Shown here piece after piece: positions 41,020 to 50,349 of a stretch of DNA of 64,000 nt. Positions within the stretch are counted from its first letter, which is position 1. Every line of letters begins with the position of its first letter. The position numbers were made by a program, and so were the translations under genes. Location: assembly GCA_964513645.1 (NCBI GenBank), contig CAZENF010000001.1, forward strand, positions 71,303 through 135,302. Reading direction: 5' to 3'. Below the pieces are notes generated by a model. The model saw only the letters and a list, made by a program, of their open reading frames with translations, searched no databases and was not told where the DNA came from. Source of the DNA: an uncultured Candidatus Saccharibacteria bacterium. Lineage in GTDB: Bacteria > Patescibacteriota > Minisyncoccia > 2-02-FULL-40-12 > GWA2-44-9.

Positions 41020-42732
41020 TTACTTGAGCAACTTGAGCATTTCCGGCCATGGTCGAGTGTTTATAATGTCGTTTTTCTTGGCCCAGCCGCGGCGAGCTTG
41101 GGCAATACCATATTCAAGATACTGGGAATGCTTAACCGAATGAGAGTCAGAATCTATTGAAAATTTAACCCCCATGTCGATGCCTTTACGGATATATTCG
41201 TCTTTTAGGTCGAGTCGGTCAGGAAAAGCGTCTATCTCCATAACAGTTTTGGTTCGTTTGGCAGCTTTTAAAAGTTCCTCAACGCTGACCTTATAAGCTT
41301 CGCGTTTGTTAATTATCCTACCGGTAGGATGGAAAATAATATCCACATTTGGATTTTCCATCGCTTTGATTATCCTCGCTGTTTGTTCTTTTTCGGATAA
41401 ATTGAACATAGAATGAACGGCCACTCCGACGACGTCTAATTTGGAGAGGGTTTCATCATTTATATCAAGCGAACCGTCCTTCATGATATTAACCTCGGCT
41501 CCTTTTAATATTTTAAAGCCTGGAACTTGTTTCTGAACCTTATCAATTTCTTCCATCTGTTTTAAAAGTTTCTTTTCATCGCTTCCTCCGGTCATAGCCA
41601 AGGATTTTGTATGGTCAGTAATGCAGATATACTCGAGACCGGATTTTTTTGCCGCCTCGGCCATTTCTTTTATGGAATTCTCGCCATCGGTCCAATCGGT
41701 TTGAACCTGGAGGTCGCCCTTAAGGTCGCCATATTCGACCAGTTTGGGAAGTTTTCCTGTCTTAGCCGCTTCAAGCTCTCCATGATTTGTCCTTATTTCA
41801 GGCGGCATTACTTCAAAACCGAGTTTTTTATATATTTCTTCTTCCGTTCTGCCAGCGATAAATTTTTTACCTTTCAATAATCCATATTCGTTGAGCTTAT
41901 AGCCTTGTCTAACGGCCATTTCCCGCAGTTGGACGTTGTGATATTTATCGCCAGTAAAATATTGCCAGGCCGCTCCAAATGATTCAGGAGCGACGACAAG
42001 GAGATCAGCATCGATACCCATATTCAACCGGACTGAAGATTTTGTCGGTCCGCGGCCATGAACGGCCTCAACTTCCGGCATTGAAACAAAAAAATCCATA
42101 ACCTTTTCAGGTTTAGATGAGATAACCAGTATATCCAGGTCTCCGACTGTTTCCTGCATTCTTCTGATTGAGCCGGAAAATTCGGCTGTTTTTACGCCAT
42201 CAATTTTTTTAATTCTTTCGAGAATATTACGGAAAGCCGGCATGGCAAACCCAAGAACAAGCCGGCCACTTGAAGTTTTAACAAAATCTATGCCTTTTAG
42301 TATCTTTTGTTCGGATTTATCGCCAAGGCCTTTGATATTTCTTATCTTCCCGGCCTTGGCCGCCTCTTCGAGCTGTTTGAGGTTTTTGATACCTAATTTT
42401 TTATATAAAAGCTGGATAGTTTTAGGGCCAATGCCTTCAACAGAACGTAAACCTTCAATATCAACCGGGAGTTCTTTTTTTAATTTCTCGTAATCCTTTA
42501 TGTGATGAGTTTTGATATATTCTTCTATTCTTTCAGCAATTCCCTGACCGATGCCAGGGATATCTTCAAGGGCTTTCAGACTTCCTTCTTTATAAATATC
42601 CCGCAGATCTTCCTGCAAAGATTCTATGGCATAAGCAACTTTTTCGAATGCCTGGGGCTTGAAAGCTACGCCTTTAATTTCAAGGAAGACCGCCATCTCG
42701 CGGAAAATTTTGGATAGTTCATGATTGATCAT
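41020..42732 (-). CDS. polX: family X DNA polymerase with C-terminal PHP phosphoesterase domain
   Basis: HhH motifs, pol-beta NTase motif (GSIRRMQETVGDLDILV) and a PHP domain (ICITDHTKS...). 570 aa. Confidence 0.85.
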   Translation of the reverse strand: MINHELSKIFREMAVFLEIKGVAFKPQAFEKVAYAIESLQEDLRDIYKEGSLKALEDIPGIGQGIAERIEEYIKTHHIKDYEKLKKELPVDIEGLRSVEGIGPKTIQLLYKKLGIKNLKQLEEAAKAGKIRNIKGLGDKSEQKILKGIDFVKTSSGRLVLGFAMPAFRNILERIKKIDGVKTAEFSGSIRRMQETVGDLDILVISSKPEKVMDFFVSMPEVEAVHGRGPTKSSVRLNMGIDADLLVVAPESFGAAWQYFTGDKYHNVQLREMAVRQGYKLNEYGLLKGKKFIAGRTEEEIYKKLGFEVMPPEIRTNHGELEAAKTGKLPKLVEYGDLKGDLQVQTDWTDGENSIKEMAEAAKKSGLEYICITDHTKSLAMTGGSDEKKLLKQMEEIDKVQKQVPGFKILKGAEVNIMKDGSLDINDETLSKLDVVGVAVHSMFNLSEKEQTARIIKAMENPNVDIIFHPTGRIINKREAYKVSVEELLKAAKRTKTVMEIDAFPDRLDLKDEYIRKGIDMGVKFSIDSDSHSVKHSQYLEYGIAQARRGWAKKNDIINTRPWPEMLKLLK

Positions 42733-42734
42733 TC

Positions 42735-43373
42735 CTATATTACTTTGCCCGGTTCTGGCTTAACCTGACCCTGCTTGACCTTTGCCCTTAGGTCGTTGAA
42801 GATCTTGAGCTGTTCGATCCCACCGAAGATTGCAAAAATACCGCCGAGCATGAAAACAGTTTTAAATCCAAATTTTTCCGCAATAATACCTCCTACCGCA
42901 GCCGCACCCGCTGTCGCAATACCGATTCCGACCGACTCAAAAGACCATTCCAAATTCTCTTGTTCCTTATCCAAGTGACGCGAAAAAATAGCATTCCAAG
43001 GCGGAACTATCAGAGCCAAAGCCACTCCGGCCACAACCTCGATCATATAAATATGAATGACTTTACTGGCAAAAAGATACATAAAAGGAACCGAGGCAAA
43101 CAAAAAGTTACCTGAAATGAGAGAAATAAAATCATCATACTCACCATGATTCTTATCCAGATATCTTGCTATCGGGACCTCGAAAATTATTTTTACTATC
43201 TGACCGATGGCCGCACCGAAACCAACAACTCTTATATCCGCGCCCTGTATCTGCTGGGTAATGAATATCGCGAAGATCGGGCCGAACAAACTTAAACCCG
43301 CGTTCAGGTAAAAATCCGAGACTATCATTGTTTTGATCACGTGATTGACCTTCATTACTATCCATATTACCAA
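42735..43373 (-). CDS. MFS transporter C-terminal six-helix half, a possible truncated remnant
   Basis: Six TM helices with a DRxGRR-like loop (ARYLDKNHG). There is no N-terminal half upstream, because the protease terminator abuts. Confidence 0.4.
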   Translation of the reverse strand: MVIWIVMKVNHVIKTMIVSDFYLNAGLSLFGPIFAIFITQQIQGADIRVVGFGAAIGQIVKIIFEVPIARYLDKNHGEYDDFISLISGNFLFASVPFMYLFASKVIHIYMIEVVAGVALALIVPPWNAIFSRHLDKEQENLEWSFESVGIGIATAGAAAVGGIIAEKFGFKTVFMLGGIFAIFGGIEQLKIFNDLRAKVKQGQVKPEPGKVI

Positions 43374-43383
43374 AACAAAAAAA

Positions 43384-43415
43384 CACTGCCAAGCAGTGTT
43401 TGTAATTTATAAATG
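43384..43415 (-). terminator. rho-independent terminator after the S8 protease gene
   Basis: aaacactgc-caa-gcagtgttt followed by ttttttgtttt in minus sense. Confidence 0.55.
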
Positions 43416-43425
43416 ATAAAAGTCT

Positions 43426-44763
43426 TTAGAGGTGCGGAAAACCGAATCCGGACGCATCGTCATCGCCGACCGGGGCAAGGTCATGGCTATAATTGGTCTG
43501 AAGCAAGAGTCGAGTCGCAGTATCCGGCGAAGGATCGTTCCTTTGCCAAAGTTTAGCGGCCAAACCTGCAACATGCGGCGTAGCCATCGAAGTACCCGAT
43601 AAAACCATATAACTTCCGTCCTTCCAGGTTGATTCGATCCCCAGACCGGGAGCGGCATATTCAATGTCTTTTTCTTCCACTACGTAAGGTTTGTCGGTAG
43701 AATTTATCCCACGTGAACTCCAGTCAGGTATCTTAAGGTCGGGATCAAATGCCCCCACGCTGATAACATTCGGATCTGCCGCAGGATAATCAATACTGCC
43801 CTGATAAGGCCCGTCGTTACCGGCAGCGGCGACAATCAGGACATGTTTTCCGACAGCATATGAAACAGCGTCAGTTATCATAGAATTTGGGGTATCGCTT
43901 CCTAAACTCATATTAATTACGTTGGCACCGTTGTCAGCCGCGGTTTTAATGGCCGTGGCAATATCATCAGCCCAGCATGAACCGTTGGCACCGCAAACTT
44001 TATAGGCAAAAAGGTTAACTTCGGGTGCTACTCCGTAGATGCCAAGGCCATCAGCTCCGCCGTCAGCGGCAATAATTCCGGAAACGTGGGTACCATGGCC
44101 GTTCTTATCATCACATTGATTATTTACGACCGGTTTCGGTGAAGTAAAGTCTTTACACTGGGTAATCCGACTTTTAAGATCCGGATGAGTGCCTGTGATG
44201 CCGGTGTCCAAAACTGCGACATTAACTCCGGCTCCTCCGGATGTTTTTGTAAGGGCCGGATCATTGTTATAAATATCTTTTATTCCCCAAGGAATTTGGC
44301 TGCTCGGGGTGGGACGAGGCAAAGGCGTGACCGATGGAGAGACTGAAGGCAAGGGAGAGCCGGACGGCAGTGGGGTAATAGACGGAGAAGGTGCTGGTGA
44401 AGGTTTGTTCTTTCCATTGTTGGAAATATCTATTCCGGTCGAGGCAACCGACAAAGGGTCAACATTATCAAGAATATTGAGTTTCAAAACCGGTACAACT
44501 TCAATACCGAAAACGTGGGCAACTTTTATCTGCCAAGGGAAAAGGTCGGTTGTAAAACTGTCCTTGAAATCATTATGTACACCAAAAGATCTCTTCCAGA
44601 AAACTGAGTTAGTTTTGATCAAATAGCGGGAATCATCAGTGGCACCATAAGCAAACGAAGCCGCCCCTAAGATAAAGGAAAATACAAGAAAATTAGCTAA
44701 TTTCCTAGTCTTTATGTTCATTGTTATAACTTCAAATATAGCAAATCCGGCAACTTTTATCAA
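43426..44763 (-). CDS. secreted subtilisin-like serine protease (peptidase S8)
   Basis: Catalytic triad motifs DTGITGTHPDL, HGTHVSGIIAA and GTSMATPHVAGLAAKL. Signal peptide and a Pro/Ser-rich linker. Confidence 0.85.
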   Translation of the reverse strand: MIKVAGFAIFEVITMNIKTRKLANFLVFSFILGAASFAYGATDDSRYLIKTNSVFWKRSFGVHNDFKDSFTTDLFPWQIKVAHVFGIEVVPVLKLNILDNVDPLSVASTGIDISNNGKNKPSPAPSPSITPLPSGSPLPSVSPSVTPLPRPTPSSQIPWGIKDIYNNDPALTKTSGGAGVNVAVLDTGITGTHPDLKSRITQCKDFTSPKPVVNNQCDDKNGHGTHVSGIIAADGGADGLGIYGVAPEVNLFAYKVCGANGSCWADDIATAIKTAADNGANVINMSLGSDTPNSMITDAVSYAVGKHVLIVAAAGNDGPYQGSIDYPAADPNVISVGAFDPDLKIPDWSSRGINSTDKPYVVEEKDIEYAAPGLGIESTWKDGSYMVLSGTSMATPHVAGLAAKLWQRNDPSPDTATRLLLQTNYSHDLAPVGDDDASGFGFPHL

Positions 44764-44792
44764 TAGTTATCAACAATGAATTTGGTCAATCT

Positions 44793-45506
44793 TTAAGAAG
44801 GTCCCGCCTTTGGAGTACCGCCATCCTTTCCGTTTCCGTTTGACATCAACTTATCGAAGCCGCTCTTTATCTTATCACCCAACTGTTTCATCTGTTCGGC
44901 CGGAAGAATGGCTCTGACAAAGGCCGAACCCAGTAGCCATTTAAGGATATAGACCACTGCTATCGCGCCACCCAGAAAAAGAAGGATGTAGGTTACGTCC
45001 TTAAGATATACAACGAAGAACCGGTAACTTTGGCCGAAGAAATATCCGACAGAGAGAGTTATGGCAACCCACCCGACCGTACCGATGAAATTATACCAGC
45101 TGAATTTTTTAAAATCGTATTTTAAGGAACCGGCGAAAAGTAAGGTCGCAATCGTAAGAGAAAATGTGAATTTGGTTATAATTATCGCCCTGCCGCTGTA
45201 ACGCTCAAAGTAGCTTTCTACGGCATTGATGACTTTTTCGCTGCGTGGCTTTGAGCGGAGCCACTTGTCTATCGGTTTTGCTCCTACAAAATAACCGACA
45301 AAATACCAAATATAGCTGTTTATGGTTTCGCCCGCAAGAAATATGAAAAATATGGGCAGAAAAGCAACCGCACCGGTCGAAATAAGGAAACCGCCCAATA
45401 TCATGGTGTTCATTCCTTCAACAGATGAACCGATGAACAAAAAAAGATATTTATACTGGATAATTACCGGAAAATGAATTTTTATAAACTCGAGGAAATG
45501 CTCCAT
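44793..45506 (-). CDS. DedA/VTT-domain family membrane protein
   Basis: Polytopic, with a re-entrant DedA-like core (GRAIIITKFTFSLTIATLLFAG). Confidence 0.6.
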   Translation of the reverse strand: MEHFLEFIKIHFPVIIQYKYLFLFIGSSVEGMNTMILGGFLISTGAVAFLPIFFIFLAGETINSYIWYFVGYFVGAKPIDKWLRSKPRSEKVINAVESYFERYSGRAIIITKFTFSLTIATLLFAGSLKYDFKKFSWYNFIGTVGWVAITLSVGYFFGQSYRFFVVYLKDVTYILLFLGGAIAVVYILKWLLGSAFVRAILPAEQMKQLGDKIKSGFDKLMSNGNGKDGGTPKAGPS

Positions 45507-45517
45507 TCTTTTAAGGA

Positions 45518-46129
45518 TTATTTATATTTTTTCAAAATTTTAAAATCTTCTTTAAGCGCATCTTTCATATTACTGTTATAGACGGCCACCGCCGGATGAT
45601 ATAAAGGTATTATCGATATTTTCCCGTAATTCGTTTCAGCTTCAAGTTCCTTTCCGTGCAAACGGCTGATAGATTCAAGTTTCGGACCCAAACCAAATTT
45701 GTTCATGATATAAACCATCGAGAAACGACCTAAGGTTGCGATGACCTGGGGTTGAATAATGTTTATCTGGCGATCGAGATAAGATGAGTAAGATTCGATC
45801 TCATCCGGCAAAGGGTCCCGGTTCATCGGTGGACGATCTTTGACGATATTGGTTATATAAACTTTTTTCCTCTCAATATCGATGCTTTCCAGAAGTTCGT
45901 CAAGAATTTTCCCGGCAGCCCCGCAGAATGGCCTGCCGGTCTCGGCTTCATTGCGGCCAGGTGCTTCGCCGATAAACATTAACTTTGCATAATGATCTCC
46001 CTCGCCTATAACGGGAAAAACATGATTCTTTATCCGCTCATGGTATAAAGGAAGTTCTTTGTCCGCAAGAACCTCTTCCTTTATTTTCCTTAGCAATTCC
46101 GTCCGGTCATTTTTTAATTCAGTATCCAT
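45518..46129 (-). CDS. uracil-DNA glycosylase, family 4
   Basis: GEAPGRNEAETGRPFCGAAGKILDELL is the family 4 UDG signature. Confidence 0.8.
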   Translation of the reverse strand: MDTELKNDRTELLRKIKEEVLADKELPLYHERIKNHVFPVIGEGDHYAKLMFIGEAPGRNEAETGRPFCGAAGKILDELLESIDIERKKVYITNIVKDRPPMNRDPLPDEIESYSSYLDRQINIIQPQVIATLGRFSMVYIMNKFGLGPKLESISRLHGKELEAETNYGKISIIPLYHPAVAVYNSNMKDALKEDFKILKKYK

Positions 46130-46194
46130 TTAAAGTTAGACAACATTTGATAGTTTAACCAATAAAAAATTAAAATAAAAGACCCCTTCTGGGG

Positions 46195-46608
46195 TCAGTG
46201 TGTCGGAAATGACACAAAAGTTTTAGTCTTGGGCATATTTTCGTAACTTTCCTGGCAACCCTTGCAGCGCATCGCGAAAGGTATTGCTTCAAGACGATTT
46301 TCAGCTATCTCCTCGCCGCAGTCAAAACAAAAACCGTAAGTGCCTTTATCCAAACTTTCGATCGAAACATTTACTCTCTTGAGCCATTCCCGGTCGCGCT
46401 CCAGGTTTGAAACACTCAAGTCCTGCTCGCTGTTAGCTTTGGCAACGTCGGCCAGATCGTTCGCTCCCGGTTCCCTCGTACCGGCCGAAAGAATATGTTT
46501 ACGGCTCGAATATATCCGGGTTTCTATCTTATTTCTCCAATCCAATAGAATATTTCTTAACCGGCTTACCCGATCTACTGAATTGGTTAAATCGGTAGAA
46601 CTTGCCAT
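46195..46608 (-). CDS. DksA/TraR-family C4 zinc-finger regulator
   Basis: C-terminal CFDCGEEIAENRLEAIPFAMRCKGC has C-x2-C-x17-C-x2-C. Terminator hairpin gacccc-ttct-ggggtc plus a U-run downstream. Confidence 0.65.
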   Translation of the reverse strand: MASSTDLTNSVDRVSRLRNILLDWRNKIETRIYSSRKHILSAGTREPGANDLADVAKANSEQDLSVSNLERDREWLKRVNVSIESLDKGTYGFCFDCGEEIAENRLEAIPFAMRCKGCQESYENMPKTKTFVSFPTH

Positions 46609-46682
46609 CCGACCGCCTTTCCGCCGTTGTTGTTAACGACAATCAATATTATAGACTTCATTAAAAATAAGTCAATTATAAA

Positions 46683-46706
46683 GGGGCAACCGATGTTGCC
46701 CCTTTT
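46683..46706. terminator. bidirectional terminator hairpin
   Basis: ggggcaac-cgat-gttgcccc flanked by T-runs. Confidence 0.5.
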
Positions 46707-46716
46707 CTCGGGATTT

Positions 46717-46869
46717 TTAGCCCCGGAAGTAGTTACCGAGCTTGCCCTTGTGCTTGTGGCGGGTGTTGTGGCGCCGCGCCGCCTGCCGTGCCGCATGGCC
46801 ATGGCCCTGCTTCGCACTGCCATGGCGGTGAAGCTCCCGCTTCAATCTGTTCTCTCTCTTCCTGGCCAT
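46717..46869 (-). CDS. hypothetical highly basic 50-aa protein, GC-rich
   Basis: MARKRENRLKRELHRHGSAKQGHGHAARQAARRHNTRHKHKGKLGNYFRG, with RBS GGAGG 7 nt upstream. GC3 is far above genome background. Confidence 0.4.
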   Translation of the reverse strand: MARKRENRLKRELHRHGSAKQGHGHAARQAARRHNTRHKHKGKLGNYFRG

Positions 46870-46906
46870 TGGGCTGCCTCCTAAACAAAGTATTAACAAT
46901 TTCTTT

Positions 46907-48286
46907 CTAAATTATATCACTATTTTTAATATGTGTCAATAATCCGGCCGAGAACCAGAACACTATCCTCCCCTGCTGAAGGGTCATTAAAAAATGGTCG
47001 AAAAAGCCAATGAACAAAACAGAGATGAAAAAAAACAGAACCGAAAGCTGGTAAGATTTACTAAGCTTTGTCTTCAGGATAAAATCTTTTAACAAAAAAT
47101 ATAAAAATAAAATGAATGCCGTCAGACCTAAAAGACCGGTTTCTGAATAGATGAGCAGGTATATGTTATGGACCGGCTGATAAGCATAATTAGGAAGCAT
47201 CGGCTGTTTTTCCATCAGCCAGTTCACGAAATTACCAGCACCTACGCCAAGAAAATTAATTCCCCCTCCAGTCATTAAAGCCACTTTGTTGTAAAAACCC
47301 CTTAGTTCTACGGCCTGATCATCCGGGTTTATAGTTGAACGGGTTATTATAGCTTTGAAATAAATTGAACCGAAAAGGAGAATAACCACAAAACCCGCAA
47401 TAAGAATGGCTTTTATACGTTGCCGGCTTTCATCGGTCCCAAATATTATTCGGTAATGTTTTCTTGATAAAATTATTATGCCACGAATACAAAAAGTGAT
47501 GAACCAGATAAAAATAACGACCCTCGAAAAGGTCGCAAAAAACCCAAAAAGGATAACGCCGTAGGACAAAATAAAAAATTTATCCCAGTTGTCTGATAAG
47601 GGGCTGTGCTCTACATGAATCTTCGAATATAAATAAACAAAATAAAACGCAAAAATGGATAAGAACAGAGAACCAGCCAGAACGTTCGGATGCGGAGTTG
47701 TGCCATAAGCACGTATGAATTTATCCCCGTTTTGAAGATAGAATGAAGCCACCCCGGCAAGTTCTTTGTTCAGAACGCTTTCACCCAGATATTTAAGCCC
47801 CAGGCTTGATTGTTTGAACAACTGGGTCATTGCGATCAAGGCTTGGAAAACTCCTCCGGATAATATTGCCAAGAATGTTTTATATAAATCGAATTTGGCT
47901 AAAGCGTATCTCGAGATATAAAAATAAAAAACAACAAATTCAACTAATTTAAACCATTGATACCAACTAACCGTAATGTTGGTCGAATTTTTTATAGAAA
48001 TAAGAGAGATGGTCAAAAAAATAACAAGCCAGGGGTCAGACGTTTTAAGCTTTGATTTTAAAAATTCAAACTTGTTCGGAGGTTGGAATTTAGGATTTGT
48101 GTTTTTTTGATAAGAGTTTAAAAACCAAAAAATAAATAAAACGGCCAGTAATATATCCGTCAGATAAACACTGACCGATAGCCATTCATTAAAACGCCAA
48201 TCCGAATACCATAAGATCTTCCTGGTCTCAAAAGGAATACAAAACAAAAAAACATAAAAAAGACATTTTTCGAGTTTCAGAAACAT
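46907..48286 (-). CDS. O-antigen ligase / Wzy-like polytopic membrane protein
   Basis: 459 aa, more than 10 TM helices and a large periplasmic loop. Confidence 0.5.
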   Translation of the reverse strand: MFLKLEKCLFYVFLFCIPFETRKILWYSDWRFNEWLSVSVYLTDILLAVLFIFWFLNSYQKNTNPKFQPPNKFEFLKSKLKTSDPWLVIFLTISLISIKNSTNITVSWYQWFKLVEFVVFYFYISRYALAKFDLYKTFLAILSGGVFQALIAMTQLFKQSSLGLKYLGESVLNKELAGVASFYLQNGDKFIRAYGTTPHPNVLAGSLFLSIFAFYFVYLYSKIHVEHSPLSDNWDKFFILSYGVILFGFFATFSRVVIFIWFITFCIRGIIILSRKHYRIIFGTDESRQRIKAILIAGFVVILLFGSIYFKAIITRSTINPDDQAVELRGFYNKVALMTGGGINFLGVGAGNFVNWLMEKQPMLPNYAYQPVHNIYLLIYSETGLLGLTAFILFLYFLLKDFILKTKLSKSYQLSVLFFFISVLFIGFFDHFLMTLQQGRIVFWFSAGLLTHIKNSDII

Positions 48287-48431
48287 GGCTTTAACCTTTC
48301 GCTACCGTTCGTATTCCCAGCGAGAATCCTCACTGCCTTCGTCGGTCGCTCCCTTGTCCTTCGGACAAGAACCATGCCCGCTTCCCTCCTCAAAGCGCGC
48401 GAGAAGGTTAAAGCCATGTTTCTTAATTATC
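48281..48431 (-). promoter_or_regulatory. GC-rich structured leader element, copy B, overlapping the start codon of the Wzy-like gene
   Basis: Same conserved core as 38702-38836. It has perfect 15-nt terminal inverted repeats, aaacatggctttaacc and ggttaaagccatgtt, that include the ATG at 48284-48286. It also has an internal C(UUCG)G tetraloop hairpin. Confidence 0.5.
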
Positions 48432-48470
48432 TTCGCTAAATTATATCTTAATTATTAAGGTTTTGTTGTA

Positions 48471-48499
48471 TTGACAAATTAATAATTTAATAGTATAAT
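48471..48499 (+). promoter_or_regulatory. consensus sigma70 promoter (TTGACA, 17-nt spacer, TATAAT)
   Basis: Perfect hexamers read directly. It drives a GC-rich 5' UTR of about 170 nt. Confidence 0.6.
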
Positions 48500-48506
48500 A
48501 CGGGGT

Positions 48507-48677
48507 AGTACGTTGGAATCCTGCTCATAGGACAGCCGGTACGGGAAAGCGGTAGTTTGTTTAAGACAAAATAAAAAAGTTGAAAAACAATCTCCCGTAG
48601 ACCGAATCCAGGTTGAACACAGCCCTCGCCGCAATCTCGCGGCCGGCAATCTTCTGCTAAGGCAGAGGAGGTGTCCC
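48507..48677 (+). promoter_or_regulatory. structured GC-rich 5' UTR, a candidate cis-regulatory RNA
   Basis: Long-range pairing of tacggga at 48528-48534 with tcccgta at 48596-48602. Repeated gaatcc motifs. RBS GGAGG before the ATG at 48678. Confidence 0.3.
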
Positions 48678-49097
48678 ATGAGCTTGACCCTGTTCCGCGC
48701 TGATGTGATCGAGGTTCTTGTGAAAATGGAACTGGCACCCTACCAGTTCCACCTCACGGGTTCCCGGTTCTTCGGCCGCGCTACCCCTGGTTCGGATTGG
48801 GACTTCTTCGTGGAATTCAATCCGGACCTGGAGGGCTGGCTGATCTGTAACGGATTCTACCAAGAATCTTCTACAGACTACGCTTCAGCAGACATCTCTG
48901 AGGTTTGGAAGCATGTATCGTTCCCGATACATGTCCAAGTCATCAGCGATGCCCGCTTGAAAGCGGACGTCCAGAATCACCTGCAGAACTATTCGCACAC
49001 GCTCTATGGTGTGCCGAAAGAGTACCGCAAGGCGATCTGGAACCTTGCCTTTGACCTGTTTCAAACAGGCCAAAGACAAGCCGCCGAGCTTTTCTAA
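48678..49097 (+). CDS. small nucleotidyltransferase-fold protein (Pol-beta superfamily motif GS...SDxD)
   Basis: GSRFFGRATPGSDWDFFVEF matches hG[GS]x9-13Dh[DE]h. 139 aa. GC-rich codon usage. Followed by a long terminator hairpin (agctccgcac...gtgcggagct plus T-run) at 49098-49150. Confidence 0.45.
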   Translation: MSLTLFRADVIEVLVKMELAPYQFHLTGSRFFGRATPGSDWDFFVEFNPDLEGWLICNGFYQESSTDYASADISEVWKHVSFPIHVQVISDARLKADVQNHLQNYSHTLYGVPKEYRKAIWNLAFDLFQTGQRQAAELF

Positions 49098-49190
49098 AGC
49101 TCCGCACAGAGAAGTTTCACACTTCGTCTGGTGCGGAGCTTCTTTGTTTTAATCAACACTGAAAATATGTATACCAGATTCACGCAGAAT

Positions 49191-50336
49191 TTATCTGACC
49201 CAGAACGTATATCCTACCCCGCCGAGAAATATTAACGCAAGAATATAAAGGAGCCAGACCGGAACCGACAAACTATATTCCGGCAGACGGTCTCCATGAG
49301 ATTTGGCTTTTATAAAAAGCAAAATTATAATGAATGCTTCGAGGCCTATCGCCACGCCTCCGGCTAAACCGATAACATCAATAAAACTCCTCAATCCGCC
49401 TAAGAACAAAAGAAATGGGGGCAAAATAACCAGAGCCCAGGATAATTTTTTATTAAAACCGTAATCAAGTTTAAATATCTGGAAAAGGCCGGTACCGAGC
49501 ATGAGATAAGAGGTACTGACCGCCAAAACACCGAACAATGAACTCAAAAAAATTATTTTTCCGCCGATAAAATCTACCAGCCCGGTGATTGCATCCGGCG
49601 ATGTCCCCTGTCCCGATACTCCAAAAACAGTAAAAGCAAACAGGAAATATAGAAGCCCGACCAATAAAACCCCGGTAAAAATAGATCTCTTAAACCGTCT
49701 TTCATCGCCACCTAAAAGCTGTCTCTGGATAGGGATGGCCGGCAAACCTCCGAAAGCAAAAAGAAAAACACCGTAAGGAAAGAACCACATGCTTGGGTTT
49801 GTGCCGATAAAATTAGAAAAATTTATTTTAGAAAAACCAAATCCGAAAATAAGAAAAATTACGGCGATAAAAAGTATGGATATCCCCAGTTCAACCCAGG
49901 CAACAGTCCGCAATCCGAAAAATACCAGCAAAGAAGCGGCGACAAAGAACCAAATGCTCAAGCTTTGAGCTGAAGCATAGGTAAAAGGAGCTAGGACGGT
50001 CGTCAAAAATTCGCCCGAAATTATTATATAAGCTAAGAGAGCGGCATAAGTATTGAGTAGGATAGAGAAAAATATCACCCGTTTCCAGGTATTTCCCAGG
50101 TAAAGTTCAGTATAACCCACTAGTTGGTGGGACTGATGGGTTCGCAAAATTATCTCACCGTAAATGAGATTCAGAAGAAGAGTTACCGCTCCGATCGCTA
50201 CCAAAAATAAAAGACCGATACCAAAACCGGACTTTGCAAAAGCAAAAGGTATGCCGAATATCCCGACACCAACCATGGTCCCGATCAGGATAGCCGTGGC
50301 ATGGAGAAATTTCTTGTCTTTAAGAAATGAAGCCAC
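49191..50336 (-). CDS. HAAAP-family amino acid permease (TnaB/Mtr/TyrP-like)
   Basis: N-terminus LHATAILIGTMVGVGIFGIPFAFAKSGF aligns with the TyrP/Mtr TM1. 11 TM helices. A GTG start is proposed. The track ORF runs to 50549 but overlaps mgtC. Confidence 0.6.
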   Translation of the reverse strand: MASFLKDKKFLHATAILIGTMVGVGIFGIPFAFAKSGFGIGLLFLVAIGAVTLLLNLIYGEIILRTHQSHQLVGYTELYLGNTWKRVIFFSILLNTYAALLAYIIISGEFLTTVLAPFTYASAQSLSIWFFVAASLLVFFGLRTVAWVELGISILFIAVIFLIFGFGFSKINFSNFIGTNPSMWFFPYGVFLFAFGGLPAIPIQRQLLGGDERRFKRSIFTGVLLVGLLYFLFAFTVFGVSGQGTSPDAITGLVDFIGGKIIFLSSLFGVLAVSTSYLMLGTGLFQIFKLDYGFNKKLSWALVILPPFLLFLGGLRSFIDVIGLAGGVAIGLEAFIIILLFIKAKSHGDRLPEYSLSVPVWLLYILALIFLGGVGYTFWVR

Positions 50337-50349
50337 GTTTAATAGATTA

